Positions 27,146 to 37,202 of a DNA stretch of 52,493 nt are shown here, in pieces (position 1 is the first letter of the stretch; each line of letters opens with the position of its first letter). A model generated the notes under the pieces. It had not been told where the DNA came from and searched no databases. It worked only from the letters and a program-made list of their open reading frames with translations. The translations under genes were made by a program, and so were the position numbers. This stretch comes from Elusimicrobiota bacterium (GTDB taxonomy: Bacteria; Elusimicrobiota; Elusimicrobia; UBA1565; UBA9628), in the NCBI GenBank assembly GCA_027319565.1, contig DAHVNA010000010.1, positions 1-52,493 of the forward strand, in the 5' to 3' direction.

Positions 27146-30060
27146 GACTTTACATTCCTCACCTTGGTCTGATAGTAAATCGAAGGCTTCACCCCTAATT
27201 CTTCCAAGGCCCGATAGGCCCGGGAAGAAACCGCTTTTGCGGCCACTTGAGAATTAGAATCATTGATATCGCCAAAGGAAAGGGCTTGCGTAGGGCAGCT
27301 TTGCACGCAGGCCGGCTGAACTTCTCCGTCATGAATTTTTCGATTTTCGATCTGAGAAGTAATCTCGACATCGCGGATTCTTTGATAGCAGAAGTTGCAT
27401 TTTTCCATGACACCGCGCTGCCTGACGGTGACATCGGGATTTAAAACCAAATCTTGGACCGCGTCGTCGCGGTCATAATCAAACCAGTTAAAACGGCGCA
27501 CCTTATACGGACAGTTGTTTTCGCAGTAGCGGGTTCCCACGCAGCGGTTATAAGTCTGCATGTTGATCCCTTCCGAGGAATGGGTCGTCGCCGCAACCGG
27601 GCAAACCGTCTCGCAAGGCGCGTTATCGCATTGCTGACAAGTCATGGGCTGAAACGCAACCGTAGGATTAGCGGGGGCATTGGTCTCAGAACCTGAATAA
27701 TAGCGGTCAATGCGAAGCCAATACATGTCGCGACTCTTCCGTACTTCGGATTTTCCGACGGTCGGAATATTGTTTTCGGCCTGGCAAGCGATCACGCAAG
27801 CGGCGCAACCGCTACAGCGGTTTAAATCGACAGACATCGCCCATTTGTGGCCGGGATAATCGTGTTTGGACCACAGACCATCGCCTGAGGAGGAATCCGA
27901 AGAACTCCCGCCTCCCGAAGCGTTCTTGGCGTATTCTTCCAAGGTCTCTTCTCTTAAAGCGTGTCGGCTTTCCTGAAGATAGGGATCTTTCTGGAAATCA
28001 TACCGCTGAATCTTCGCCAAGGGATGCATCTCGCTTCCCGCCGCCAAGGAAACCGAACTCGAATTTAAAAACGGATAAACGTTGGCGGTATAAAGTTTCG
28101 CGATCTCAACGGGGAAAAATTTAATTTTCGTAATTGGATAATTGGCGGCAATATCATCGGCGGTAATGCGCCCATATCCTAAAGCCGCGGCCACCACCCC
28201 TTCCGGCATTCCCAATTGAATCTGGGCCGGAATCTCAAAAGAATTTTTGCCGTCGCTGACGCGAACCATGCGCCCCTCGGTAATTCCCAAACTCTTGGCG
28301 TCGCTAGGAGAAAATTGCACATAGTTTTCCCACGACACGCGAGTCACCGGATCCGGCAATTCTTCCAACCACGGATTAAAGGCTTGATGCCCATCATAAA
28401 GGTTCACCGGCGCATATGAGACAAATTCAAATTCCCCGTTTTTCGCCCGATGACGCGAATTTTTGAGCCCTAACAAGGAGGAAGAGGAAAACGTGGAGTG
28501 GGGCAGTAAAGACGCTTGATAAAGCGCAAATCCCGATTCCAAAGAGCTGTCCCAGAAATGATCGAAGTTATGGGAAGCTTTCTGTTTTGGAAACAGATGG
28601 GTCTTCCAGTAAGAGCGGACAAAATCATATGCGCTCTGGGTCTTTCCGGCCAAAGAGAGTAAGGTCTCCAGCGCCGGCCGGCTATTAAAAAGCGGCCTAA
28701 TCGCGGGCTGGACAATGGTGATCACTCCGGGAACGGGTTCGGCATCCCCCCAACTCTCAAGAGGATGGGAATCGGCCGCGACAAAAGAGACATGAGAAGA
28801 GGTTTCATCCAAACGATTGGAAAGAGACACCGTCCACTCCATCTTGGACAAAGCCTTGGCTAATTTCTGCCCGAGAGGATGATCATAAACCGGATTGGCT
28901 TGGGCGAAAATAACGCCCGCGATTTTTCCGGAAATCGCCTCTTTAACAAATTCCTCCATCGCCATTTCGCTTCCCGCGCGAACCTGGGAGGGCTTCTGGA
29001 TATCCAAGGTGTTTCCGTAATTTCCCAACACCGAGTTCATCCAGTTGACCAAAATCTGGACCGATAAATCGCTCGATCCGCTGACGACCAAGCTTTCTTT
29101 TTTGTGTTGCGCAAGAATCTGGGCGGCTTGATCCAAGGATTCCGGAGAAGCGGTGGTGGAAACCTCTCCAACATGGGGCACGGGAACGCCTAAAATCTTC
29201 GCTAAACGGATTGCCACCGATGAGATGGTCGAGTATTCCTCGGAAGGCTTAATCGGAACTCTTAGATCGGCATTTGATCCCGTTAAGGAAACGCGCGGCT
29301 CAAAATGAATATGGCGCGACATCTTCGGGCTCCCGGAGGTGGGAACGCGGCCTTTGGCCCAATCGGCCGCGAACTCAACTGGAGAAATCCAGGTTCCCAA
29401 GAAATCCGCGTCAAAACCGACAATCGCCTTGGCATTAGCGAATTGATAATGCGGAAGGACCCGCTTTCCATGGGTCTTTTGATGAGCGTCTAAAATAGCG
29501 GAACTTGAAATCGGGTCATAGACTACATGTTTGACCGAGGGATAAGCGCTCAGAAATTCCGCAATCGCCGCATTGAGAGATGGATTGGGAAGGGTTTGGG
29601 TGACCAGGCGCACCGGTTTTCCGTGTAAGGCTTTAATTTTTGCGACAACGGCTTTATCCCAATCGGCCCAGGTCGCTTTTTTGCCATTGATCAAGGGATC
29701 TTGGAGTCTCCCGGCGTCGTAAAGATCCAAAAGGGTCGCCTGTCCGCGGGCGCACAATCCGCCTTGAGAAAGTGGGTGTTTCTTAAGGCCTTCCATTTTA
29801 ATCGGACGGCCGTCCCGAATCTTAACCAAGGCCCCGCAGGAAGCCGAGCAACCGCCGCAGGTGGAAGCCTGCCAACGAGCGACGCCGGGAGTGACTCCTT
29901 CCGGGCGATCAATTTCAGGAACCGCTTTGGCATGCGGCCATCTCCAATCGCAGGCCCCACCCAAGGCCGCAAGGCCGACGCCCATGGTTTTTAAAAAATC
30001 GCTCCGGGTTAACCCGGTTTTTAAAGCCGTCTCAAGTTTCTTCTCTTTTAATGATGGCAT
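27142..30060 (-). CDS. actB: Alternative complex III subunit B (molybdopterin-oxidoreductase-like domain fused to Fe-S domain)
   Basis: [26 protein letters not shown]-terminal clusters [15 protein letters not shown]...[24 protein letters not shown]...CVQSCP. Start placed at ATG 30060, just before the Tat-like motif. Confidence 0.9.
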   Translation of the reverse strand: MPSLKEKKLETALKTGLTRSDFLKTMGVGLAALGGACDWRWPHAKAVPEIDRPEGVTPGVARWQASTCGGCSASCGALVKIRDGRPIKMEGLKKHPLSQGGLCARGQATLLDLYDAGRLQDPLINGKKATWADWDKAVVAKIKALHGKPVRLVTQTLPNPSLNAAIAEFLSAYPSVKHVVYDPISSSAILDAHQKTHGKRVLPHYQFANAKAIVGFDADFLGTWISPVEFAADWAKGRVPTSGSPKMSRHIHFEPRVSLTGSNADLRVPIKPSEEYSTISSVAIRLAKILGVPVPHVGEVSTTASPESLDQAAQILAQHKKESLVVSGSSDLSVQILVNWMNSVLGNYGNTLDIQKPSQVRAGSEMAMEEFVKEAISGKIAGVIFAQANPVYDHPLGQKLAKALSKMEWTVSLSNRLDETSSHVSFVAADSHPLESWGDAEPVPGVITIVQPAIRPLFNSRPALETLLSLAGKTQSAYDFVRSYWKTHLFPKQKASHNFDHFWDSSLESGFALYQASLLPHSTFSSSSLLGLKNSRHRAKNGEFEFVSYAPVNLYDGHQAFNPWLEELPDPVTRVSWENYVQFSPSDAKSLGITEGRMVRVSDGKNSFEIPAQIQLGMPEGVVAAALGYGRITADDIAANYPITKIKFFPVEIAKLYTANVYPFLNSSSVSLAAGSEMHPLAKIQRYDFQKDPYLQESRHALREETLEEYAKNASGGGSSSDSSSGDGLWSKHDYPGHKWAMSVDLNRCSGCAACVIACQAENNIPTVGKSEVRKSRDMYWLRIDRYYSGSETNAPANPTVAFQPMTCQQCDNAPCETVCPVAATTHSSEGINMQTYNRCVGTRYCENNCPYKVRRFNWFDYDRDDAVQDLVLNPDVTVRQRGVMEKCNFCYQRIRDVEITSQIENRKIHDGEVQPACVQSCPTQALSFGDINDSNSQVAAKAVSSRAYRALEELGVKPSIYYQTKVRNVKS

Positions 30061-30905
30061 ACAATACAATCCAAGGGACCGCCGGCATGTTTCCAGTGCG
30101 CCGGGGCTTCTTTTTTCGTCAGACGGTGACAGTTGATGCACCAGCCCATGTTGAGCGGAGCGGCTTGGCGCACCCGAGTCATCGTCTGAATAGGTCCATG
30201 GCATTCCTGGCAGGCAATTCCATTCGCGACATGAATACGGTGACTAAATCGGACAAAAGAAGGGAGTTTATTGACGCGCTCCCAAACCACGGGGCTAGGG
30301 GCATTGGAATCCCGGGACTCCCAAGCCTTGACCAGCTTTGAAATTTCCGGGTTCGGGCCGGAATCCCCAGTCGCGCTGCGGACTAAACTATGACAATTCA
30401 TGCAAACATTGACGGAAGGAATAGAAGCCACGTCGGATTTTTCGGCGTTGTAATGACAATAAAGGCAGGCGATTTTCAATTTTCCGGCGTGAAGGACATG
30501 GGGATAGGAAATCGGCTGTTGCGGGGCATATCCCTGGTTATTGGCGAAATAATGGTAATAATGCCTTTGCCCCGAAGCCAAGAAACCGGCGAAAAGCCCT
30601 AGCACAAACAAAATTCCGGCAAAACTCTGGACGTCGTTGGCCCAGAAAAGAAGGCCTCCGACAATGAGGAAAAAGGCGATTCCCATCCCGATCCAAGAAA
30701 TTCCGGTTTCTTCATCCGGGGTCTTGACCCTAAAACCGATCGGAGAATTCATCGCATCGGGAGCGGGTTGAGAAATCTGGGGAGATTGCAAAGAGGCCGG
30801 GTTTGAAGATGCCTTTTTCTGAGCCGCCTGCGCTTGAGACAGGGAAACCGCAAGAACGACGAAGAGTAGTCCTGCTATCTGAAAAATCTTTCCTAAAACT
30901 TTCAT
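30048..30905 (-). CDS. actA: Alternative complex III pentaheme cytochrome c
   Basis: Five CxxCH motifs (CLYCH, CMNCH, CQECH, CINCH, CIVCH), QGYAPQQPI and LNMGWCINCHR. Confidence 0.92.
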   Translation of the reverse strand: MKVLGKIFQIAGLLFVVLAVSLSQAQAAQKKASSNPASLQSPQISQPAPDAMNSPIGFRVKTPDEETGISWIGMGIAFFLIVGGLLFWANDVQSFAGILFVLGLFAGFLASGQRHYYHYFANNQGYAPQQPISYPHVLHAGKLKIACLYCHYNAEKSDVASIPSVNVCMNCHSLVRSATGDSGPNPEISKLVKAWESRDSNAPSPVVWERVNKLPSFVRFSHRIHVANGIACQECHGPIQTMTRVRQAAPLNMGWCINCHRLTKKEAPAHWKHAGGPLDCIVCHH

Positions 30906-31507
30906 TTCACAATCTTAATCCCAATCGCTTGGGCCGGACATATTTCAGCACAAAGTCCGCAACCCACGCAAGTTTTTACGTCTATGGAGACCCTGTTGAC
31001 AGCTAAATCCACAAAAACGGATTTAAACTCTTTTGGACACGCCTTTTCGCATTCGCGGCAAGGTTGATGGTCTTTAAGGACGCAGCGGTTTTCGTCGACA
31101 ACGGCCAAACCCAGGCGCGGTATTTGATTGGGTTCTCGACTGAGAGCTCCTTCCGGACAAGAGGCAATACAGGGGAAATCCTCGCACATCAAGCACGCTC
31201 TTTCTCGGGGCCACAGAGAAGGAGTGCCCTCCAGATTTTCTCCCCACTCCGGCCCGAGAGCCCGCAAGACCAAGGGCGGACATGCCTTGAGACAATCGCC
31301 GCAGCGAGTACATTTTTCTAAAAAAGATTTTTCTTCAAGAGCTCCGGGAGGTCTGACCCATTCCTTTTTCGCTTCCCCTAAAAAATTCTTTTCATCTTTT
31401 TTGCCGCGGGCTTCCCGAAGGGCCTCCAAAGCGGCGCGCGCTATCTCAAGAGCTTTTTGGCCCGAATATGAAAAAAATTCCCTCCTTGTATATTCCGGTT
31501 CGGACAT
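30902..31507 (-). CDS. NapF/NapG/MauM-like ferredoxin with four 4Fe-4S motifs
   Basis: TRREFF, RPPGAL, CTRCGDCLKACP, CLMC..FPCIASCP, CRECEKACP, CVGCGLCAEICP. 4-nt overlap with actA. Confidence 0.85.
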   Translation of the reverse strand: MSEPEYTRREFFSYSGQKALEIARAALEALREARGKKDEKNFLGEAKKEWVRPPGALEEKSFLEKCTRCGDCLKACPPLVLRALGPEWGENLEGTPSLWPRERACLMCEDFPCIASCPEGALSREPNQIPRLGLAVVDENRCVLKDHQPCRECEKACPKEFKSVFVDLAVNRVSIDVKTCVGCGLCAEICPAQAIGIKIVK

Positions 31508-31523
31508 AATGGGATTTTACCAG

Positions 31524-32159
31524 TTATTGCAAGGGCGGGGGGCCGGGAAGAGACTGGCCATTCTGCTTAATCCATTTCCAAAACTCGGGGCTCAAGCGGT
31601 AATAATTCGCCCACAGACCGGGCTCGGAGACGAGTTTAAATTCTTGGACGAACGTCTGAATGTTCTTTAAATTTTTATCATTAAGAGGAGCGCCGGAAAA
31701 ATAAAGCGGCGCAATTTTTTCGAGATTTTCATAGAGAAAGCTTTTTCCTCTATAATAGGAAACCATTGAAATTCCCGCCGGAGCGGCGCGTCTTAAAACC
31801 TGTCCTTTTTCTTCCGCCGTCGTAATGCAGTGATCTGCAACAGAACCGTCAAGCGAAAAAATTCCCTCAACCAAGGGCGAGGCCGCCATCGAGGGAATTC
31901 CGGATTCCATCACGACGGGGTAAAACAAAACCTTAAATCCCGTCTCGCCGCCTTTTTTAATTTTGAAAGGAATAGGAATAGAACGCGAAAACTCCTCGGG
32001 AATCACGTGAGAGCAACTCGACTCAAAACGCAATTTATTTTCCGCTTGGCTGAGTTGCGTCTTATCCAAGCGGTCCATCCAGTAGCCACTATTTTTGCAA
32101 GCCCCCAAAGAAAGAAGCAAGGCTAAAAAAAGGAAGCGGCTATTTTTTTGTTGTCTCAT
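31524..32159 (-). CDS. Hypothetical lipoprotein
   Basis: MRQQKNSRFLFLALLLSLGAC lipobox from ATG 32159, overlapping the upstream gene end by 20 nt. Confidence 0.7.
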   Translation of the reverse strand: MRQQKNSRFLFLALLLSLGACKNSGYWMDRLDKTQLSQAENKLRFESSCSHVIPEEFSRSIPIPFKIKKGGETGFKVLFYPVVMESGIPSMAASPLVEGIFSLDGSVADHCITTAEEKGQVLRRAAPAGISMVSYYRGKSFLYENLEKIAPLYFSGAPLNDKNLKNIQTFVQEFKLVSEPGLWANYYRLSPEFWKWIKQNGQSLPGPPPLQ

Positions 32160-33609
32160 TAAACACGACCAATTCATACCCGTGAGCACGCCAAGCACGA
32201 TCAAAATCTTTTTTGGGAACAAAACGCGCGGCCTCTCCCGTTCCAGTATCGTTGATATAATAACCTAAAACCTGGGCATTTTTATTGGAGACTTCTTCTC
32301 CGGTCACCAATATTTGATGTCCTCCCGATGAACTTGGGTCATTCCACAGGCGTCCGGCTTCAACCCCGACCAAGGCGCCGCCATTTTTCTCAATGGCTTG
32401 CCCCAATTCCGCGCTCCGAACCGAGGCCGCGGCGGGTTTCCCCGTCGGAGAAAAGACCTTGATATTGAGTCCATGATCCCGAAGCAATTTCCCATCGTTA
32501 CCGGAGAAAGTTCCACCTATTAATTCCCCAGATTTTAATTGCACCTCGGAATAATACCCTTTTTTAAAAGCTTCTTCGGCCAAGCCCTTGGGGGTCACGT
32601 TTTGACCGTAGGATTTTAAGACTTCATACTGGGCCTCGACCGCACAAGTGCCTCCTTTTTGATAGATGATATTTTTGGCTTTTTCTTGAGGATTTCCGAC
32701 GGTATGGCTTAACCCCAAGGAATGCGACAAGCTCAAAAGAGCGTCATCTTTGAGGCGTTCCATTCCCTCCGCGTATCCGCGATTAAAGTATCCGCGCTGG
32801 CGATACTCCAATTCCGACAAGGGGTGAGGCTTGGGCGGGCGAGAAGATTTTTGATCCGAAACAAAATGGCGCAAGAGATTCGGCAACTCTTTGCCGTTGC
32901 GGCTTTCGACAACCTCTCCTTGATTGATCATCGCCCAAGACTGAGCGGAGGTTTGCGCGACAGAGACCGTCCCGGTCTTAAACCCTTTGATTTTAGACAA
33001 GAGGCTTTGAACTTTCTTTTGCGTTTGACTCACTTCTTCTGATTGGAGTTCTTGGGCCTTTTGATTTAAAACGCTCCAGCGCGCATAAAATGGGTTCATG
33101 CAGGGACGCCAGGTTTTGGGCCACTCGCCATTGGTTTTATATAAATAGGAATCATCCTCAGCCTTGGGCCAAAGAAAAGGCCCGCACGCCTTTTTGCCGT
33201 CTTTTAAAACCCGCTGCTCCATCATCATCAGGATATGGAGTTCAACTCCGAGAGGCGTATCGCTCGAGATATTTTTAGGATCATTTGCACTTAAAATCAT
33301 CCTCTCTTTTTTCGCTAAACGCGCAAAAGCGGGATCAGATTTAGATGAAACCATGCGCAAAAACTCTTTTTGCGACGCTTCCGTGGGAAGATGGTTAAAC
33401 TGCGCGACCGGATCTTTTAAATTAGCCAACATGTAGTAACAGACGAGAATGTCATTGTCGTAGGGAGCCCCGTCTTTATGGTTAAAAACGCAAGGTTCTT
33501 TTTCCGAAAACTTCCAAACGATTTTCCCATGATCGGGAATCGCGAAAGCAAAATAAGGCAAGAGACTCAAAAAGGCTCCCGCGATTATTTTCCTCTTTAA
33601 TAAGGGCAT
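32140..33609 (-). CDS. Secreted protein with C-terminal papain-like (C39-like) cysteine peptidase domain
   Basis: Signal peptide ending AFA, putative catalytic motifs YQKGGTCAV (Q,C), GGHQILVTG (H), YYINDTG (D), F.RAW. Confidence 0.7.
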   Translation of the reverse strand: MPLLKRKIIAGAFLSLLPYFAFAIPDHGKIVWKFSEKEPCVFNHKDGAPYDNDILVCYYMLANLKDPVAQFNHLPTEASQKEFLRMVSSKSDPAFARLAKKERMILSANDPKNISSDTPLGVELHILMMMEQRVLKDGKKACGPFLWPKAEDDSYLYKTNGEWPKTWRPCMNPFYARWSVLNQKAQELQSEEVSQTQKKVQSLLSKIKGFKTGTVSVAQTSAQSWAMINQGEVVESRNGKELPNLLRHFVSDQKSSRPPKPHPLSELEYRQRGYFNRGYAEGMERLKDDALLSLSHSLGLSHTVGNPQEKAKNIIYQKGGTCAVEAQYEVLKSYGQNVTPKGLAEEAFKKGYYSEVQLKSGELIGGTFSGNDGKLLRDHGLNIKVFSPTGKPAAASVRSAELGQAIEKNGGALVGVEAGRLWNDPSSSGGHQILVTGEEVSNKNAQVLGYYINDTGTGEAARFVPKKDFDRAWRAHGYELVVFNETTKK

Positions 33610-33615
33610 GGACTT

Positions 33616-33682
33616 AGTGTAGAGGGAAAGGCGATTTTTGTCAAGGGACCCCTTGACAGCTCTCAAAATTTGCGGTTATAAT
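33616..33682. promoter_or_regulatory. Back-to-back sigma70 promoters
   Basis: Plus strand: TTGACA(33653)-N18-TATAAT(33677) for hrcA. Minus strand: TTGACA(33644)-N17-TACACT(33621-33616) for the peptidase gene. Confidence 0.75.
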
Positions 33683-33686
33683 ATTA

Positions 33687-33713
33687 TTAGCAGTCAATAT
33701 AGTAAACTGCTAA
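33687..33713 (+). promoter_or_regulatory. CIRCE operator (HrcA binding site)
   Basis: TTAGCAGTC-N9-AACTGCTAA versus consensus TTAGCACTC-N9-GAGTGCTAA, between the -10 box and the hrcA start. Confidence 0.9.
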
Positions 33714-33722
33714 TTTAGAATT

Positions 33723-34817
33723 ATGAGACAACTTCAACCCAAGGTCGCCGAGAAGAGAAAACGGGATTTGTTGCAGTGGGTCATCCACTATTACATCAAG
33801 AATTCAAAACCCGTCTCTTCCTCTATTATATCGAAAGAGTCCGGAATCAATCTCTCGAGCGCCACGGTGCGAAATATTCTCCAAGAATTAGAAGACGAAG
33901 GCTTTCTCAAACAGCCGCATTCTTCCTCGGGAAGAGAGCCCACCGACAAGGGTTACCGCTTTTATGTCGATTATCTGGTTGAAATCCAGCGCCTGGCCTC
34001 TTCCGAAAAAGAAAGAATAGAACAAGAATATAGCCGCCGCACCGCCGAGATAGACACCCTCTTAATCGAAACCTCAAAACTTCTATCCCATATTTCTCAA
34101 GGAACCGGATTTGTTTTCTCCGTTCCCACCCAGGAATTAACCCTTAAGCGCCTGGAATTAGTTCCGATGGGCGGCCCTAATATTCTGGCCATCATGGTCT
34201 CGGACGCCGGGTTTATTCGCCACTGGCCCATACGAATTTCTTTCGAGCCCACGGAACAACAACTCTCTCTGATCAACCGATTTTTAAATGAGCGCGCCCG
34301 CGGCCTTAAAATTAAGGATGTTCAGGCGACAATTCTCAGCGAGCTCAGGGAACTTGAAAAGGATTTCGAATCGATGCGCTCTTTGGTCACCGGGCTCTTT
34401 GACCGAGTCGCCTCTTTAAATGAGCCCGACACTCTCTATGTCGAGGGCGTAGATCAAATGCTCGCTCACGCCTCCGACATCGGAGACATCCATACTCTCC
34501 AGCGCTTAATGAGAATGTTGACCGAGAAAAAAACCTTCGCGGCCCTCTTGGAACGCGAAATGGACAAGGAAGAAGTCCTACGCCCCTCTCGCTCTCTCAC
34601 AAGGCCGCGGGTTAAAATCGGAGACGAGACGGGAATCCCGGAACTCTCCGGCTTAAGCCTCATTACCCAAACCTATGACTATCGCGGGCGCCCAGTCGGG
34701 GTTTTGGGGATTTTAGGGTCCAAGCGCATGGAATATCCAAAAATGATGAGTCTGGTCGACTATCTCAGCGAACGGATTTCTTCCTATTTAAAAGCTTGGG
34801 AGGAAGTTGAATCATGA
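33723..34817 (+). CDS. hrcA: Heat-inducible transcription repressor
   Basis: LSSATVRN, QPHSSSGREPTDKGYRFYVD, G.LGILGSKRMEY, upstream CIRCE. Confidence 0.95.
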   Translation: MRQLQPKVAEKRKRDLLQWVIHYYIKNSKPVSSSIISKESGINLSSATVRNILQELEDEGFLKQPHSSSGREPTDKGYRFYVDYLVEIQRLASSEKERIEQEYSRRTAEIDTLLIETSKLLSHISQGTGFVFSVPTQELTLKRLELVPMGGPNILAIMVSDAGFIRHWPIRISFEPTEQQLSLINRFLNERARGLKIKDVQATILSELRELEKDFESMRSLVTGLFDRVASLNEPDTLYVEGVDQMLAHASDIGDIHTLQRLMRMLTEKKTFAALLEREMDKEEVLRPSRSLTRPRVKIGDETGIPELSGLSLITQTYDYRGRPVGVLGILGSKRMEYPKMMSLVDYLSERISSYLKAWEEVES

Positions 34818-35338
34818 ACGAACCTGTCTCGCCGGAAGAATTAAAAACCGAAGGCGAAAAGAAAATAGAGTCGGAAGCCGCGGCCCAAACTCCCAATTAT
34901 TACGAGCAGATGCTTAAAATTCGCGCCGAGTTTGACAACTATCGCAAGCGCGTCGACCGCGAAAAGCCGGAACTCTATAAATTGGGCCGCATGGATATTC
35001 TCTCGCGTTTTATTCCGCTCTATGATCTCTTGAAGAAAGCTCATGAGGAAATTCAAAACTCCCATGCGGAATCGGAATTGTCGAAAGGAATGGAAGGAAT
35101 ATTTAAGGAGTTTGAAAAAATTTTTAAAGAAGAAGGGATCAGCGCAATCGAGGCCCTCAACAAGCCTTTTGACCCACTGACCCATGAAGTGCTTGGCACT
35201 GTTGAGAAGCCGGGAGTCGAGGACGGAACGGTCGTTGAAGTCTTCGAACCGGGATATTTAATCGCCGGCCGCGTTTTGCGCACCGCCAAGGTTCGCATCG
35301 CGCGGAACGCGAAAAAAGAAGAAGCGAAGGAGAAATGA
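34814..35338 (+). CDS. grpE: Nucleotide exchange factor GrpE
   Basis: [18 protein letters not shown]....RVLRTAKV. Confidence 0.95.
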   Translation: MNEPVSPEELKTEGEKKIESEAAAQTPNYYEQMLKIRAEFDNYRKRVDREKPELYKLGRMDILSRFIPLYDLLKKAHEEIQNSHAESELSKGMEGIFKEFEKIFKEEGISAIEALNKPFDPLTHEVLGTVEKPGVEDGTVVEVFEPGYLIAGRVLRTAKVRIARNAKKEEAKEK

Positions 35339-35339
35339 T

Positions 35340-37181
35340 ATGAGCAAAATTATTGGAATTGATTTAGGGACGTCTAACACGGCTGCGGCCGTGACCGAAG
35401 GAGGGAAAGCCACCATTATTCCATCGGCGGAGGGAACTTCCGTCGGCGGAAAAGCGTTTCCTTCTTATGTCGCTTTCGCGAAAGACGGACAGCTTCTGAT
35501 CGGAGAACCCGCCCGGCGGCAAGCCGTGGCGAACCCCGAAGGGACCTTTATGGCCTTCAAGAGGAAAATGGGGACCGATCATAAATACAAAGCTCCCGAC
35601 GGAAAAGAATATACCCCTCAACAGCTATCCGCGTTTCTCTTGCAAAAAGTGAAAAGAGACGCGGAAGCGTTTTTGGGCGACAAGGTTGAAAAGGCCGTCA
35701 TCACCGTGCCGGCTTATTTTAACGACAATCAAAGGCAAGCCACCAAGGACGCCGGGACGATCGCGGGGCTTGAAGTCGTCCGCATCATTAACGAGCCGAC
35801 CGCGGCTTGTCTGGCTTACGGCGTGGACAAAAAAGGGAAAGACGAAAAAATCATGGTCTTTGACCTCGGCGGCGGAACGCTGGATGTCACCATCATGGAC
35901 TTTGGCGGAGGAGTATTCGAGGTCGTTTCCACTTCCGGAGACACCCAACTGGGCGGAACCGACATGGACAACGCCCTGATTGAATACATCGCCGGCGAAT
36001 TTAAAAAAGAAACCGGCGTTGACTTCCGAAAAGATCCGATGGCGGTGCAAAGAGTTCGGGAGGCGGCGGAAAAAGCGAAAATCGAACTCTCCAGCACCTT
36101 CGAGACCGATATCAATCTACCTTATCTCACCGCCGTGGACAATACCCCGAAACATCTGACGATGAAATTCACGCGCTCAAAGCTTGAATCCTTGGTCGAA
36201 CCTATCGTCAAGCGCTGCAAACAATCCATTGACCAGGCCTTAAACGACGGAAAACTAAAGACCTCGGATATTTCCCGCATTATCCTGGTGGGCGGCCCGA
36301 CCCGAATGCCCATCGTCCAGAAATTCGTCGAGGATTATATCGGGCGGAAGGTGGAAAGAGGGGTTGACCCCATGGAATGCGTCGCCACCGGAGCCGCGGT
36401 TCAAGCCGCGGTTTTAACCGGAGAGGTCAAGGACGTTCTTCTTTTGGACGTCACTCCGCTAACCCTGGGAATTGAAACCTTGGGCGGAGTGCTGACCCCC
36501 TTAATCGAGAGAAACACGACGATCCCGGTAGAAAAATCTCAGGTCTTTTCCACCGCAGCGGACAATCAGCCGGCGGTCACGGTCCATGTTCTCCAAGGAG
36601 AGCGCCCCAAAGCCTCTGACAACGTCTCTTTGGGAAAATTCGATCTCGACGGAATTCCCCCGGCACCCCGCGGAGTGCCGCAGATCAAGGTCAGCTTCTC
36701 GATAGACGCCAACGGCATTTTAAACGTCAAGGCAGAGGATTTGGGAACGAAAAAAGCCCATCACATCACGATCTCGGCTCCCAACAAACTCTCGAAAGAA
36801 GATATAGAAAAGTTCGTCAAACAAGCCGAACAGTTCTCGGATGAGGACAAGAAATTCAAGGAAAAAGTGCAGGCGAAAAACGAGGCCGATTCCGTTCTCT
36901 TCTCGGCCGAAAAGGCTCTCAAAGAGCATGGAGATAAGGTCTCTCAGGACGAGAGGACCGCTATCGACCGCGCCGTCTCCGAACTCAAAGAATCCCTTAA
37001 ATCCGACGACTTGACGGCCATCAACAAGGCCAAAGACGAGCTCCTCAAGGCTTCTCACAAATTGGCCGAGGAAATCTATAAGGCCGAAGCGTCTCAAAAA
37101 CCCTCGGGCACTTCGGATTCCAAGGACTCGGACAAAAAAGACGAAGTCGTCGACGCCGAAGTGGTTGAGGACAAGAAATAG
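35340..37181 (+). CDS. dnaK: Chaperone DnaK (Hsp70)
   Basis: [50 protein letters not shown]. Confidence 0.98.
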   Translation: MSKIIGIDLGTSNTAAAVTEGGKATIIPSAEGTSVGGKAFPSYVAFAKDGQLLIGEPARRQAVANPEGTFMAFKRKMGTDHKYKAPDGKEYTPQQLSAFLLQKVKRDAEAFLGDKVEKAVITVPAYFNDNQRQATKDAGTIAGLEVVRIINEPTAACLAYGVDKKGKDEKIMVFDLGGGTLDVTIMDFGGGVFEVVSTSGDTQLGGTDMDNALIEYIAGEFKKETGVDFRKDPMAVQRVREAAEKAKIELSSTFETDINLPYLTAVDNTPKHLTMKFTRSKLESLVEPIVKRCKQSIDQALNDGKLKTSDISRIILVGGPTRMPIVQKFVEDYIGRKVERGVDPMECVATGAAVQAAVLTGEVKDVLLLDVTPLTLGIETLGGVLTPLIERNTTIPVEKSQVFSTAADNQPAVTVHVLQGERPKASDNVSLGKFDLDGIPPAPRGVPQIKVSFSIDANGILNVKAEDLGTKKAHHITISAPNKLSKEDIEKFVKQAEQFSDEDKKFKEKVQAKNEADSVLFSAEKALKEHGDKVSQDERTAIDRAVSELKESLKSDDLTAINKAKDELLKASHKLAEEIYKAEASQKPSGTSDSKDSDKKDEVVDAEVVEDKK

Positions 37182-37202
37182 TTAAAGCATAACGGAAAAA
37201 TT

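Noticed and set aside
30061..30204. N-terminal extension of ActB
   Set aside because: It overlaps the heme-binding end of actA. The Tat-like signal follows ATG 30060.
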